A stretch of DNA of 64,000 nucleotides, taken from positions 20,265 through 84,264 of the forward strand of contig CAZVNP010000006.1 of assembly GCA_964628285.1 (NCBI GenBank). The letters are read 5' to 3'. A program made the translations under genes and the position numbers. The DNA comes from an uncultured Lentimicrobiaceae bacterium. Lineage in GTDB: Bacteria > Bacteroidota > Bacteroidia > Bacteroidales > JAGONC01. Below the pieces are notes generated by a model. It ran no database searches, had not been told where the DNA came from, and saw only the letters and a list, made by a program, of their open reading frames with translations. Every line of letters starts with the position of its first letter. Within the stretch, counting starts at the first letter, position 1. Positions 1-9,853 of this stretch are shown piece after piece.

Positions 1-1187
1 ATGGGATCAGGTAACCATGACCTTGACTGTGTGATAAAAGAGAAGCCGGTTTGTTGGGTGGAGGTGGCACGTTCATTAAAGTAAGTGACCGAATCGACCT
101 GCCAGGTGAGAGGGCGCCAACGGTAAGGGCATCCGTAAGGGCCTGCACCGACATCTTTTGTCATATCCAGTTCGGTGCCTTCCAGATGATCCCTCATGAA
201 ATGCATCATGTCTTTAACTGAAATTTTACGGTCGGGCTTGATCCATAAAGGTATGCGGTTGTTTGCATAACCCGTCACAGAATCAAAAGTCACATAACCT
301 TTTGCATAATCAAAATAGCGATACATATCCTTGTTCACTTCTTTGAACATCGACCATACACGTATCTCACAAAAACGGGCTTGTTCAAAGTTTAGAGGTA
401 AATAGGTGTCGGAGAAACTGAAGTCTTTATCTTGTCCTTTGAACCATCCCTTTTCCCTGGCGAAAGAAATAACATCAGGAGAGTAAACACACTCTACTGA
501 TGGATTTGATATTTTATCAATGTCATTGAAAGTGATAGATTTAACGCCATCGGCCAGAGGAAACTGGGTAATCCGTGGCTGGTTGGCATGAGCGCAGATG
601 TATCCGTCGGGGATACGGCGGGCCACCCACACGGCTCCTTTTTGATCTTTTCCTTTCCCGATGATTTCGAATATCCATACTTCATTGGCATCCGACACCG
701 ACATCGATTCCCCTTCGCTGGCATAACCGTATTCGGCCACCAGTTCCGTCATGGTCCTGATGGCTTCACGAGCCGTTTTGGACCGTTGCAATGCGATGAA
801 CATTAGGCTGCCATAATCCATGATAGCACCGGGTTGTGAGAGTAATTCCTCGCGCCCGCCAAATGTAGTCTCACCAAGAGCAACCTGGTGCTCATTCATG
901 TTACCGACGACATTGTAAGTATGACGTATCTGCTTTATTTTACCCAGATAATTACCTGTATCCCATTCATAAACATCGAGCATGGCCCCCTCATCATAAT
1001 CGGCAGCCGGCCAATAGTACAGCTCACCGAACAGGACGTGTGAATCAGCCATGTCGCTAATCATAACTGAACCATCAACCGAAGCCCCTTTAGTAACAAT
1101 GAAATTCGTGCAGGCTGACAGATGATTTTGAATTCCGGGAAACGTCAGAAAAATGTAACCCGTGATAAAAAACGCTATTTTTTTCAT
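1..1187 (-). CDS. C69-family dipeptidase, 5' part (gene continues past the left edge of the window)
   Basis: Absent from the ORF track because it has no stop inside the window. My own reverse-strand read from ATG 1187-1185 stays open to base 1 (395 codons): MKKIAFFITGYIFLTFPGIQNHLSACTNFIVTKGASVDGSVMISDMADSHVLFGELYYWPAADY... A signal peptide is followed by a Cys-Thr-Asn nucleophile context typical of peptidase C69 (Ntn-hydrolase dipeptidases). Family call is from memory, not a search. Confidence 0.78.
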   Translation of the reverse strand, partial: MKKIAFFITGYIFLTFPGIQNHLSACTNFIVTKGASVDGSVMISDMADSHVLFGELYYWPAADYDEGAMLDVYEWDTGNYLGKIKQIRHTYNVVGNMNEHQVALGETTFGGREELLSQPGAIMDYGSLMFIALQRSKTAREAIRTMTELVAEYGYASEGESMSVSDANEVWIFEIIGKGKDQKGAVWVARRIPDGYICAHANQPRITQFPLADGVKSITFNDIDKISNPSVECVYSPDVISFAREKGWFKGQDKDFSFSDTYLPLNFEQARFCEIRVWSMFKEVNKDMYRYFDYAKGYVTFDSVTGYANNRIPLWIKPDRKISVKDMMHFMRDHLEGTELDMTKDVGAGPYGCPYRWRPLTWQVDSVTYFNERATSTQQTGFSFITQSRSWLPDP

Positions 1188-1224
1188 AATTGTTTATTTA
1201 TTGAATTTATACTGTGATTTACTA

Positions 1225-2508
1225 TTATATCACCATGCCGACTCCGACCGTATTGTTTGTCGCCTCGTCAATCAGGATGAGCGCGCCTGTTTTACGGTTT
1301 TTGCGATAGGGATCGATGAACAAAGGCTTTGTCGTCCTAAGTGACACTCTGGCTATTTCATTGAGGACTATATGCTTATTAGCTTCTACTTTTTCAAGGT
1401 TGTTCACATCAATTTTATAATGTACTTCTTTGATCAGGCATTTCACTTCCCTGGTGGTGTGCCTGAGAACATATCGGCCGTTGAATTTCATGGGGGTATG
1501 GCTCATCCAGCACATCATGACATCGATGTCCTGTGTGATCTGAGGTATGTTATTTTCCCCCACGAACATATCGCCCCGGCTGATATCAATGTCATCTTCA
1601 AGGGTGATGGTTACTGACATCGGAGGAAATGCTTCCCCGAGTTCACCGTCAAAGGTGTCGATGGATTTGATTTTTGTCACAAAATGTTCCGGAAGGATCC
1701 TTATCCTGTCGCCTTTGGAAAAGACACCTCCTGCCACCCTGCCTCCATAACCTCGGTAATCAGGATATTTGGCGGAAACAGGCCGGATAACATACTGAAC
1801 CGGAAAGCGCGGATCGTTAAAATTTTTATCACTGGCAATATGGAGGTTTTCAAGCACCTGCATCAGCGTACCTCCGTGATACCAGTTCATGTTCCGTGAG
1901 GATTCCACCACATTGTCGCCATATAAGGCGCTAATGGGTACAAAGCGGATATCGTCGATGTCGATCCTGGAGGCAAAGTCGATAAAATGTAATCTGATGG
2001 CCTTGAATACTTCTTCATTGTAATTAACGAGGTCCATTTTATTGACACAAACGATGATGTGTGGTATTTGCAGGAGGGAAGCGATATAAGCGTGGCGGTG
2101 TGTTTGTTCGGTGACGCCGTTGCGGGCATCAATAAGGATGATGGCCGCATTGGCGGTGGAAGCGCCGGTCACCATGTTCCTGGTATATTGCACATGTCCG
2201 GGCGTGTCGGCGATGATAAACTTTCTTTTGGGAGTGGCAAAATAGCGGTAGGCCACATCAATGGTGATGCCTTGTTCCCTTTCGGCGCGGAGACCGTCGG
2301 TGAGCAGGGCAAGGTTCACCTGTTCATTGCCGCGGCGCATGCTGGCGCGTCTGACGGCTTCAAGCTGGTCCTCAAATATCGACTTGCTGTCGTACAAAAG
2401 GCGCCCGATCAGGGTGCTCTTACCGTCGTCCACGCTGCCGGCGGTAGTGAAACGCAAGAGTTCCATATCGAGATAGGCCCTATGTGAGAATGTCTTTTCT
2501 GCCATCAT
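1225..2508 (-). CDS. cysN: sulfate adenylyltransferase subunit 1 (GTPase subunit)
   Basis: 427 aa. Translational-GTPase motifs AGSVDDGKST, DTPGH and NKMD. Lies 26 bp downstream of cysD on the same strand. No fused APS-kinase domain. Confidence 0.93.
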   Translation of the reverse strand: MMAEKTFSHRAYLDMELLRFTTAGSVDDGKSTLIGRLLYDSKSIFEDQLEAVRRASMRRGNEQVNLALLTDGLRAEREQGITIDVAYRYFATPKRKFIIADTPGHVQYTRNMVTGASTANAAIILIDARNGVTEQTHRHAYIASLLQIPHIIVCVNKMDLVNYNEEVFKAIRLHFIDFASRIDIDDIRFVPISALYGDNVVESSRNMNWYHGGTLMQVLENLHIASDKNFNDPRFPVQYVIRPVSAKYPDYRGYGGRVAGGVFSKGDRIRILPEHFVTKIKSIDTFDGELGEAFPPMSVTITLEDDIDISRGDMFVGENNIPQITQDIDVMMCWMSHTPMKFNGRYVLRHTTREVKCLIKEVHYKIDVNNLEKVEANKHIVLNEIARVSLRTTKPLFIDPYRKNRKTGALILIDEATNNTVGVGMVI

Positions 2509-2534
2509 AAGTTACATTGCAACAGTGAAGGTAA

Positions 2535-3440
2535 CTAAAAGTAACCTTCACGTTTGCGGTCTTCCATGGCGGCTTCCGACCGCATGTCATCATACCGGCT
2601 TCCTCTTTCCGTGATCCTGGTAGCCGCTATTTCCTGGATGATATCCTCCAGGGTGTCAGCATTGGAAAGAGTCAGTCCGGTGCAGGTGATGTCACCGACA
2701 GTCCGGCACCTTACCCGTCGCGTTTCCACCCGCTCATCTTGTTTGAGTTTCATGAAAGGTGCCCAGGCCAGGCATACACCGTCCCTGAAAAAAACCTTCC
2801 TTTCATGGGTATAATAGATATTGGGTAAGTCGATATTTTCCATGTAGATGTACTGCCACACGTCCATTTCAGTCCAGTTACTGATGGGAAATACCCTGAA
2901 ATGTTCACCCATATGTTTGCGCCCGTTGAATATATTCCATAATTCGGGTCGCTGGTTTTTGGGATCCCATTGTCCAAACTCATCGCGATGCGAGAAGAAA
3001 CGTTCCTTGGCTCTGGCTTTCTCTTCATCACGGCGTCCACCTCCGATAGCGGCATCGAATTTATATTCGTTCAACACATCCAGAAGTGTGACCGTTTGAA
3101 GGACATTGCGACTGGCGTTGTAACCTGTTTCTTCCACCACGCGTCCTTTATCGATGGAATCCTGGACATAGCCCACGACCAGCTCGGCATTGATTTTTTT
3201 CACCATGTTATCGCGGAAGACGATGGTTTCATCGAAGTTATGACCTGTGTCAATATGCAGTAAGGGAAAAGGTAAGCGTGAAGGCCAGAAGGCTTTCCGT
3301 GACAGGTGCACCAGAACAATGGAGTCTTTGCCTCCCGAAAACAGCAAACAGGGCCGTTCAAACTGGGCTGCAACCTCCCTGATGACGTAAATCGACTCCG
3401 ATTCAAGTTCCTTTAGATGTGTAAGACGATGTTCCTTCAT
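2535..3440 (-). CDS. cysD: sulfate adenylyltransferase subunit 2
   Basis: 301 aa. PAPS-reductase-like PP-loop region LLFSGGKDS. Its start abuts the cysC stop (3441), so it sits in an operon with cysC and cysN. Confidence 0.93.
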   Translation of the reverse strand: MKEHRLTHLKELESESIYVIREVAAQFERPCLLFSGGKDSIVLVHLSRKAFWPSRLPFPLLHIDTGHNFDETIVFRDNMVKKINAELVVGYVQDSIDKGRVVEETGYNASRNVLQTVTLLDVLNEYKFDAAIGGGRRDEEKARAKERFFSHRDEFGQWDPKNQRPELWNIFNGRKHMGEHFRVFPISNWTEMDVWQYIYMENIDLPNIYYTHERKVFFRDGVCLAWAPFMKLKQDERVETRRVRCRTVGDITCTGLTLSNADTLEDIIQEIAATRITERGSRYDDMRSEAAMEDRKREGYF

Positions 3441-4070
3441 CTACCCGCCAATCTTAAATTCAATCCTGGGTAGGACGAATGTCAGCAATTTTTTTACCGA
3501 TTCCCTGATGGACAGCTGATCGGTTCTTATTTCAACATCAGGGGTCACAGGTTCATCAAAGGGTGAATCGATGCCGGTAAAATCTTTTATCTCACCTGCC
3601 CTTGCCTTAGTGTATAGACCTTTGACATCCCTTTTTTCACATACTTCCAGCGGTGAATTGACATAAACTTCGATAAAATCATCCGGACCTATGATTTCTC
3701 TTGCCATGGCCCGCATTTGGTATGTTGGGGAAATAAAACAGGAAATAACCACGATACCGGAATCAAGAAATAATCTGGATATCTCGGCGATGCGCCTGAT
3801 ATTTTCATTTCTGTCCTCAACCGAAAAACGAAGGTTATTATTTATTCCTGCACGTATTTTATCCCCATCCAGCATCTCGGTCAGATAATGACGCTGAAAC
3901 AGTTCTTTTTCCAATGCCGTACCTATGGTGGTTTTCCCGGAGCCTGACAAACCGGTCAGCCATATCACCCTGGCACGCTGTTTAAGTAATTTTTCTTTTT
4001 CTGACCTGGAGATTAGGTATGGTAATCCTGTAACCAGTCGTAAATCTTGTTCGGCCATTTTATCTTTCAC
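3441..4070 (-). CDS. cysC: adenylyl-sulfate kinase
   Basis: About 205 aa with P-loop GLSGSGKTT and the APS-kinase pattern. The longest ORF starts at GTG 4070. ATG at 4058 (MAEQD...) is an equally plausible start. Confidence 0.9.
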   Translation of the reverse strand: MKDKMAEQDLRLVTGLPYLISRSEKEKLLKQRARVIWLTGLSGSGKTTIGTALEKELFQRHYLTEMLDGDKIRAGINNNLRFSVEDRNENIRRIAEISRLFLDSGIVVISCFISPTYQMRAMAREIIGPDDFIEVYVNSPLEVCEKRDVKGLYTKARAGEIKDFTGIDSPFDEPVTPDVEIRTDQLSIRESVKKLLTFVLPRIEFKIGG

Positions 4071-4116
4071 GTCCGTTTGAGCATATTATTCCGGCACATA
4101 CCTTTTGTAAAGAGTG

Positions 4117-4124
4117 CAAAAATA
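4117..4124 (-). promoter_or_regulatory. candidate Bacteroidota -7 promoter box (TATTTTTG) for cysCDN
   Basis: The reverse strand reads TATTTTTG, matching the TAnnTTTG consensus, about 47 nt upstream of the cysC start. No clean -33 TTTG seen. Confidence 0.25.
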
Positions 4125-4170
4125 GAAATTTTTGATCATCATTTCGATAACTAAGGATCAAATAAAGACT

Positions 4171-5508
4171 TTAGCGGGAGGTGACGGCTTCACCGATCAA
4201 GGTGGCGGTGGTACATGACGTGATCCGGACTTCGGCGTACTGGCCGGGTTTGAAGTGTGTCGCGGGAAAAATAACTACTTTGTTATGGCTGGTGCGACCC
4301 ATCATGCTGGCGGTGGATTTCCTGGAATGACCTTCCACCAAAACTTCAAAGGTTTTACCCACATCATGGAAGTTGCTTCTGTAAGAGAGCTTCTGCTGGA
4401 GACGGATGATCTCGTTCAGCCGCCGGCTTTTAACCTGTCCAGGGACATCATCCGTCAATTTTTTGGCTGCCAGGGTATCCGGTCGTTCGGAATATATAAA
4501 CATATAAGCAAAATCGTAACCTATCCTCTCCATCAGTGATAACGTGTCGTTATGCTCCTCTTCCGTTTCGGTGCTGAATCCGGCAATTATGTCGGTTGAG
4601 ATGCCACAGCCGGGCAAATAGTGGCGGATGGCTTCAATGCGGTCCAGGTACCATTCACGGGTGTAGTTTCTGTTCATGAGCCGAAGGATTCTGTTATTGC
4701 CCGATTGCACAGGCAGATGAATGGACCTGCATATGTTCGGATAGGCGGCCATGGTCTGCAACAACTGGTCCGAAAGATCTTTGGGATGGGAAGTGGTGAA
4801 TCTGACACGCAGCCTCGGATTGATCTCTGCGACTTGTCCCAGCAAATGAGGAAAATCGATGGTCAGACCGTCATTTTCCCAGCAATATGAATTAACATTC
4901 TGTCCCAGAAGGATGACTTCCCTGAAACCTGTGTCAAACAGCTCTTTGGCTTCATCAATGATGGAATGTGGTGAGCGGCTCCTCTCCCGGCCCCGGGTCA
5001 TGGGAACCACACAATAGGCACAATGGTTCCGGCAACCCCGCATGATGGAGATAAAAGCCGTGACTTTGCTGTCATTAAGACGGACAGGGCGGATATCGGC
5101 ATAGGTCTCCTCCTCCGAAAGAACGGTATTGATGGCTTTTTGTCCACTGACGGCAGCGGCCAGGAGTTGCGGTAAGCTGCGATAAGCATCGGGACCCACG
5201 ATCATGTCAGCCTGGTAGGCCTCACCGAACAACTGCTCCTTCATTCGTTCCGCCATGCATCCCACAATGCCGATGATCAGGGAAGGATTTTTCTTTTTCA
5301 TGGACTGTAACTCCTTGATCCTTCTCTTAACACGTTGTTCGGCATGGTCACGGACCGAACAGGTATTGATAAAAACAACATCGGCTGAGGTGGCGTCGGT
5401 CACCGTTTCACAACCGCCATCCTTCATTATTGAAGCAATGATTTCACTGTCGGAGAAATTCATCTGGCAGCCGTAAGTCTCGATGTATATTTTTTTCTTT
5501 CCTGACAA
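4171..5508 (-). CDS. miaB: tRNA-i6A37 methylthiotransferase
   Basis: 445 aa. N-terminal YIETYGCQMN block, radical-SAM CxxxCxxC (CRNHCAYC), and a C-terminal TRAM-like segment. Confidence 0.9.
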   Translation of the reverse strand: MSGKKKIYIETYGCQMNFSDSEIIASIMKDGGCETVTDATSADVVFINTCSVRDHAEQRVKRRIKELQSMKKKNPSLIIGIVGCMAERMKEQLFGEAYQADMIVGPDAYRSLPQLLAAAVSGQKAINTVLSEEETYADIRPVRLNDSKVTAFISIMRGCRNHCAYCVVPMTRGRERSRSPHSIIDEAKELFDTGFREVILLGQNVNSYCWENDGLTIDFPHLLGQVAEINPRLRVRFTTSHPKDLSDQLLQTMAAYPNICRSIHLPVQSGNNRILRLMNRNYTREWYLDRIEAIRHYLPGCGISTDIIAGFSTETEEEHNDTLSLMERIGYDFAYMFIYSERPDTLAAKKLTDDVPGQVKSRRLNEIIRLQQKLSYRSNFHDVGKTFEVLVEGHSRKSTASMMGRTSHNKVVIFPATHFKPGQYAEVRITSCTTATLIGEAVTSR

Positions 5509-5649
5509 TTGGCTCTTTTTTATGTTTATGTTGTCTTTATTTGAGCAGCAGATAAAAAAGCGGAGGCAAAATTAATTAAAACTGATTTTTTTCTTCCCTT
5601 GCAAGGGTCACAAAAAGCAATTTTCTGGATATACATTAAGATAATATTA

Positions 5650-5657
5650 TAATTTTG
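5650..5657 (+). promoter_or_regulatory. candidate -7 promoter box (TAATTTTG) for topA
   Basis: Matches TAnnTTTG, 45 nt upstream of the topA ATG, in an AT-rich divergent intergenic region. Confidence 0.25.
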
Positions 5658-5701
5658 TGCCGTTTTAAAAAAACCGGCCATTCACTTTAACATCGGTTAT
5701 A

Positions 5702-8023
5702 ATGGTTAAAAACCTTGTCATTGTTGAGTCTCCAGCAAAAGCTAAAACGATTGAAGGTTTTCTGGGAAAAGATTTTACTGTGAAGTCGAGTTTCGGTCAT
5801 ATCAGAGATTTGTCAAAGAAAAACCTGAGCGTTGATATTAACAATGGGTTCCTTCCACATTACGAAGTCACTCCGGATAAGATAAAAGTCATAAAAGAGC
5901 TGAAGAAGCTGGCCAATGAGGCTGAACTGGTATGGCTGGCATCCGATGAGGACCGTGAGGGTGAGGCCATTTCATGGCACCTCATCGAAACGCTAAAGCT
6001 CAACAAAGACAAGATCAGGCGCATTGTTTTCCACGAGATCACGCGGGTGGCGATCACCGGTGCCATCGAGCATCCCCGCGGTATCGATATGAACCTTGTT
6101 GATGCCCAGCAGGCACGGCGTGTGCTGGATCGTCTGGTCGGTTTTGAGCTCTCGCCTATTCTCTGGAAGAAAATAAAACCCGCTCTTTCAGCGGGCCGGG
6201 TGCAGTCGGTGGCTGTCAGGCTGATCGTTGACAGGGAGGACGAAATAAAAAATTTCAGCCCTGTGTCATCATATCGTGTGGCAGGGCGTTTTGAGCTTAA
6301 GACGGGGCAGGGTGTCGCCGGCCTGGATGCCGAATTGCAGGAAAAGTTTGAAAGCAAGGAGCAGGCCATAGCCTTTTTAAATAAATGCATGACGGCACGC
6401 TTTACCGTGGAAGATGTGGAGACCAAGCCGGTAACAAAGTCTCCAGCCCCGCCATTCACCACCTCTACGCTGACACAGGAAGCCAGCCGCAAGCTGGGAT
6501 TCTCCGTCGCCAACACCATGAGGATAGCGCAGCAGCTTTACGAAGCCGGTAAGATCACTTACATGCGTACCGACTCGGTCAACCTCTCCACACTGGCTCT
6601 GGCCATGGCCCGTGATGTCATCACAAAAACCTATGGGATCCCATATGTCAAGACAAGACAGTACGTCACCAGAACCAAGGGAGCCCAGGAAGCCCACGAA
6701 GCCATAAGGCCGACATACCTTGAGAATCAGGTCATTCAGGGGGATGTCTCGCAGAAAAAACTCTATGACCTGATATGGAAACGCACCATCGCATCACAGA
6801 TGAGCGATGCCCTGGTGGAAAAAACAAACGTGACGATCAGCGTTTCAAACACACGGGAACAGTTCATTGCCCGGGGTGAAGTCATAAAATTTGACGGATT
6901 CCTGAAAGTTTATTTTGAGTCGTCGGATGAAGATAACGGGGAATCGCAGGAAGGTATGCTGCCCCCCGTGGAGCCGGGACAACCTCTGACACGTGTTCAG
7001 ATACAGGCCATTCAGAAATTCACTCAGCCCCCGCCACGTTACAGTGAGGCCAGCCTGGTGAAAAAATTGGAAGAACTGGGCATAGGCCGTCCATCAACCT
7101 ATGCCCCCATCTTATCCACCATACAGAAAAGGGAATATGTCGAAAAGAGTGATATCCCCGGTACGGTGAGGGACTATGACCATATCACCCTGAAAAACAA
7201 CTCTATCACAGAAGAGACCAAAACAGAAAAGACAGGCTATTCAAAAGGTAAACTGATACCCACCGACGTGGGGATAGTAGTGAATCATTACCTGCTTCAA
7301 AATTTTAACAACATACTCGATTATAATTTCACTGCCAGCGTGGAGAAAGACTTTGATGAGATAGCCCATGGCCGGCAGGTATGGAATAAAATGATCAGGG
7401 ACTTTTATGGGTCTTTTCATAAACAAGTTGAAACGGCCCTCAGCAGCCCCGAAAAAGCAAAAGGTGAAAAGTTGCTCGGGGTGGATTCTCATACCGGTAA
7501 AAATGTCTATGTCAAATTGGGCAAATTTGGTCCCATCGTGCAGCTGGGCGAAACCAATAACACCGTCAAGCCACGGTTTGCCGCACTGAAAAAAGAACAA
7601 AGCATCGAAAAAATCACCCTGGAGGAGGCCCTTGACATGTTTAAATTACCGCGTCATTTGGGGGAGTATATGGAATCGGAAGTGATCGTGGCGTTGGGTA
7701 AATTCGGCCCGTACATTAAACATCAGAACGCCTTCTATTCACTGCCACGACAGGACGATCCCCTCACGATAACCAAAGAAAGAGCCATTCAGATTATCGA
7801 AGAGAAAAACCAGAAAGAAAAAGAAAAAATCATCAGGGAATTTGCTGAAGACGACCGGATCAAAGTACTCAAGGGACGATGGGGCCCTTACATTTCCATG
7901 GAAAAGAATAATTATAAAATACCCAAAGGGAAAGACCCTTTGAAGCTCACGCTTAGCGATTGCCTGGCCATTGTTAAAAACACCAAACCTTCGAAGTCAA
8001 AACGTAAAAGAAAAAAAACCTGA
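5702..8023 (+). CDS. topA: DNA topoisomerase I (type IA)
   Basis: 773 aa. TOPRIM N-terminus LVIVESPAKAKTI, acidic SDEDREGEAIS, active-site Tyr context ITYMRTDS, and a Lys-rich C-terminal tail. Confidence 0.95.
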   Translation: MVKNLVIVESPAKAKTIEGFLGKDFTVKSSFGHIRDLSKKNLSVDINNGFLPHYEVTPDKIKVIKELKKLANEAELVWLASDEDREGEAISWHLIETLKLNKDKIRRIVFHEITRVAITGAIEHPRGIDMNLVDAQQARRVLDRLVGFELSPILWKKIKPALSAGRVQSVAVRLIVDREDEIKNFSPVSSYRVAGRFELKTGQGVAGLDAELQEKFESKEQAIAFLNKCMTARFTVEDVETKPVTKSPAPPFTTSTLTQEASRKLGFSVANTMRIAQQLYEAGKITYMRTDSVNLSTLALAMARDVITKTYGIPYVKTRQYVTRTKGAQEAHEAIRPTYLENQVIQGDVSQKKLYDLIWKRTIASQMSDALVEKTNVTISVSNTREQFIARGEVIKFDGFLKVYFESSDEDNGESQEGMLPPVEPGQPLTRVQIQAIQKFTQPPPRYSEASLVKKLEELGIGRPSTYAPILSTIQKREYVEKSDIPGTVRDYDHITLKNNSITEETKTEKTGYSKGKLIPTDVGIVVNHYLLQNFNNILDYNFTASVEKDFDEIAHGRQVWNKMIRDFYGSFHKQVETALSSPEKAKGEKLLGVDSHTGKNVYVKLGKFGPIVQLGETNNTVKPRFAALKKEQSIEKITLEEALDMFKLPRHLGEYMESEVIVALGKFGPYIKHQNAFYSLPRQDDPLTITKERAIQIIEEKNQKEKEKIIREFAEDDRIKVLKGRWGPYISMEKNNYKIPKGKDPLKLTLSDCLAIVKNTKPSKSKRKRKKT

Positions 8024-8068
8024 CCGGCATACGTTCATAGTGTCAATTTGTAATCAATCTTCCTTTAT

Positions 8069-9247
8069 ATGGATTTCTCTGTTTACTTCGATCCCATCAC
8101 CTCTTTTAATCACCTACCCCCCGACAATCCCAACAGGGAACGAATGGGCGACAGCATCAGGACCTATACCATTGAAAACGGATTTCCTGATCTTGAAGAT
8201 ATTGATATCGCCATTATTGGCGTGGAGGAAGACAGGAATGCGATAAACAACGCCGGTTGCGGAGAGGCCCCGGATATGGTGAGAGAAAAACTATACCGTC
8301 TTTTCACCGGTGATTTCAATGCCCGAATTGCCGATCTGGGTAATATCAAAAGGGGGAACCGGCCTGACGACACTTATTATGCCGTTACCACGGTCGTGGC
8401 AGAGCTTCTCGGGGTCAAAATTCTTCCCGTTATCATCGGGGGCGGCCAGGAGATCACCTATGCCAACTATAAAGCCTATGAAAACCTCGGTCAAATCATC
8501 AATATCGTTTCCATTGACCCTGAATTTGACCTCGGTGAATCAGAAGATGAACCGTTCAGCTCAAAATCCTACCTGAGCCGGATCATCCTGCATCATCCTA
8601 ATTTTCTGTTTAATTACACGAATATCGGATACCAGACCTATTTCGTGGATCAGGATGCCATCCGGCTCATGAAAAATCTTTTTTTTGATGCTTACAGGTT
8701 AGGTGAAGTAAGAGCCAATATTCAGGAGGTTGAACCGCTGATACGCAATGCCGATCTGCTGACTTTCGATATGTCAGCCATCCGTTATTCCGATGCTCCC
8801 GGCAACGGTAATGCGGGTCCCAACGGTTTTTACGGTGAAGAAGCCTGTCAGATCATCAGGTATGCCGGCCTGAGCGACAAGCTGACCTCGATAGGTTTTT
8901 ATGAATTGAATCCCGGATTTGACCAGCGGGAACAATCCTCGCACCTCGTGGCACAGATGATATGGTATTTTATCGACGGCTTTTACAAGCGGAAAAAGGA
9001 ACTGCCTTATAAGGACAAGGAAAATTTTGTCAAATACATCGTTAAAATTGAAGGGCATAAAGAGGATATCATTTTTTACAAGAGCAACAAAAGCGACCGG
9101 TGGTGGATGGAGGTGAACTGTCCGGTGGATGTCAGGATGAAATATGAACGGCATTATCTTGTCCCCTGTTCCTATAAAGATTACCAGACAGCTTGCGAAA
9201 ATGATATCCCCGACCGTTGGTGGCAGGCTTATCAGAAATTGATGTAA
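8069..9247 (+). CDS. arginase/formiminoglutamase-fold protein, apparently with a non-canonical metal site
   Basis: 392 aa. Ureohydrolase-like blocks IIGGGQEIT, VSIDPEFDL and FDMSAIRYSDAPG, plus about 90 extra C-terminal residues. See finding. Confidence 0.7.
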   Translation: MDFSVYFDPITSFNHLPPDNPNRERMGDSIRTYTIENGFPDLEDIDIAIIGVEEDRNAINNAGCGEAPDMVREKLYRLFTGDFNARIADLGNIKRGNRPDDTYYAVTTVVAELLGVKILPVIIGGGQEITYANYKAYENLGQIINIVSIDPEFDLGESEDEPFSSKSYLSRIILHHPNFLFNYTNIGYQTYFVDQDAIRLMKNLFFDAYRLGEVRANIQEVEPLIRNADLLTFDMSAIRYSDAPGNGNAGPNGFYGEEACQIIRYAGLSDKLTSIGFYELNPGFDQREQSSHLVAQMIWYFIDGFYKRKKELPYKDKENFVKYIVKIEGHKEDIIFYKSNKSDRWWMEVNCPVDVRMKYERHYLVPCSYKDYQTACENDIPDRWWQAYQKLM

Positions 9248-9805
9248 TCACCCGTCAGGTATCCTTTTCCCGGGATGATCGTTAAGATAGCCTTTCCAGC
9301 TATGATAATGCTTCTCGTCGGTCACCTGCCTTTTCTGGAAATAATGGCACAGGGCCACGGCCACAGCGTCGGTGGCATCGAGCGATTCGGGTGTCCCGGT
9401 GAAGGGCAGGAAATGCTGCACCATGGCGGCCACCTGTTCTTTGGAGGCGCTTCCCACACCCGTGATGGATTGTTTTACTTTTTTGGGCGAATACTCGAAG
9501 ATGGGTATCTTCCGTGATAAAGCGGCCGCAATGGCCACACCCTGAGCCCGGCCCAGTTTCAGCATCGATTGAATATTTTTACCGTAAAAAGGAGCTTCTA
9601 TCGCCAATTCATCAGGTTTATAATCATCGATCAGTTTAAGAGTGAATTGCAGGATCCTCTCCAGCCGTACCTGATGATCGGCAAATGCATTCAGCTTCAG
9701 GATACCCATATTCTGCAAGGTGAGGGTCTGATCCTGCTGTTTTATGACACCATAACCCATGATGTTGGTGCCCGGATCGATACCCAGAATGATTCGATCG
9801 ATCAT
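9248..9805 (-). CDS. ruvC: crossover junction endodeoxyribonuclease
   Basis: 185 aa. N-terminal ILGIDPGTNIMGYGVI (RNase H-like fold, catalytic Asp) with RuvC length and pattern. Confidence 0.92.
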   Translation of the reverse strand: MIDRIILGIDPGTNIMGYGVIKQQDQTLTLQNMGILKLNAFADHQVRLERILQFTLKLIDDYKPDELAIEAPFYGKNIQSMLKLGRAQGVAIAAALSRKIPIFEYSPKKVKQSITGVGSASKEQVAAMVQHFLPFTGTPESLDATDAVAVALCHYFQKRQVTDEKHYHSWKGYLNDHPGKRIPDG

Positions 9806-9853
9806 TGAATTGGAATATGACGTTATAAGGACAGAACAAATGTAATCAAAACA

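Noticed and set aside
494-806. Track ORFs 494-724(-) and 588-806(+) at the left edge.
   Set aside because: Both lie inside the partial C69 dipeptidase reading frame (1-1187, minus strand), which is open throughout and carries recognisable motifs.
5860-6519. Long antisense or alternate-frame ORFs inside strong genes. Examples are 5860-6519(-) in topA, 23934-24797(-) and 25833-26693(-) in the A2M gene, 48242-48850(+) in the helicase gene, 58051-58716(-) and 58717-59292(-) in atpA, 62520-63056(+), and 63399-63872(+).
   Set aside because: Each lies fully within a gene that has clear family motifs on the other strand or frame. Their translations are low-complexity and Arg/Gly/Pro/Ser-rich, as expected for shadow ORFs.
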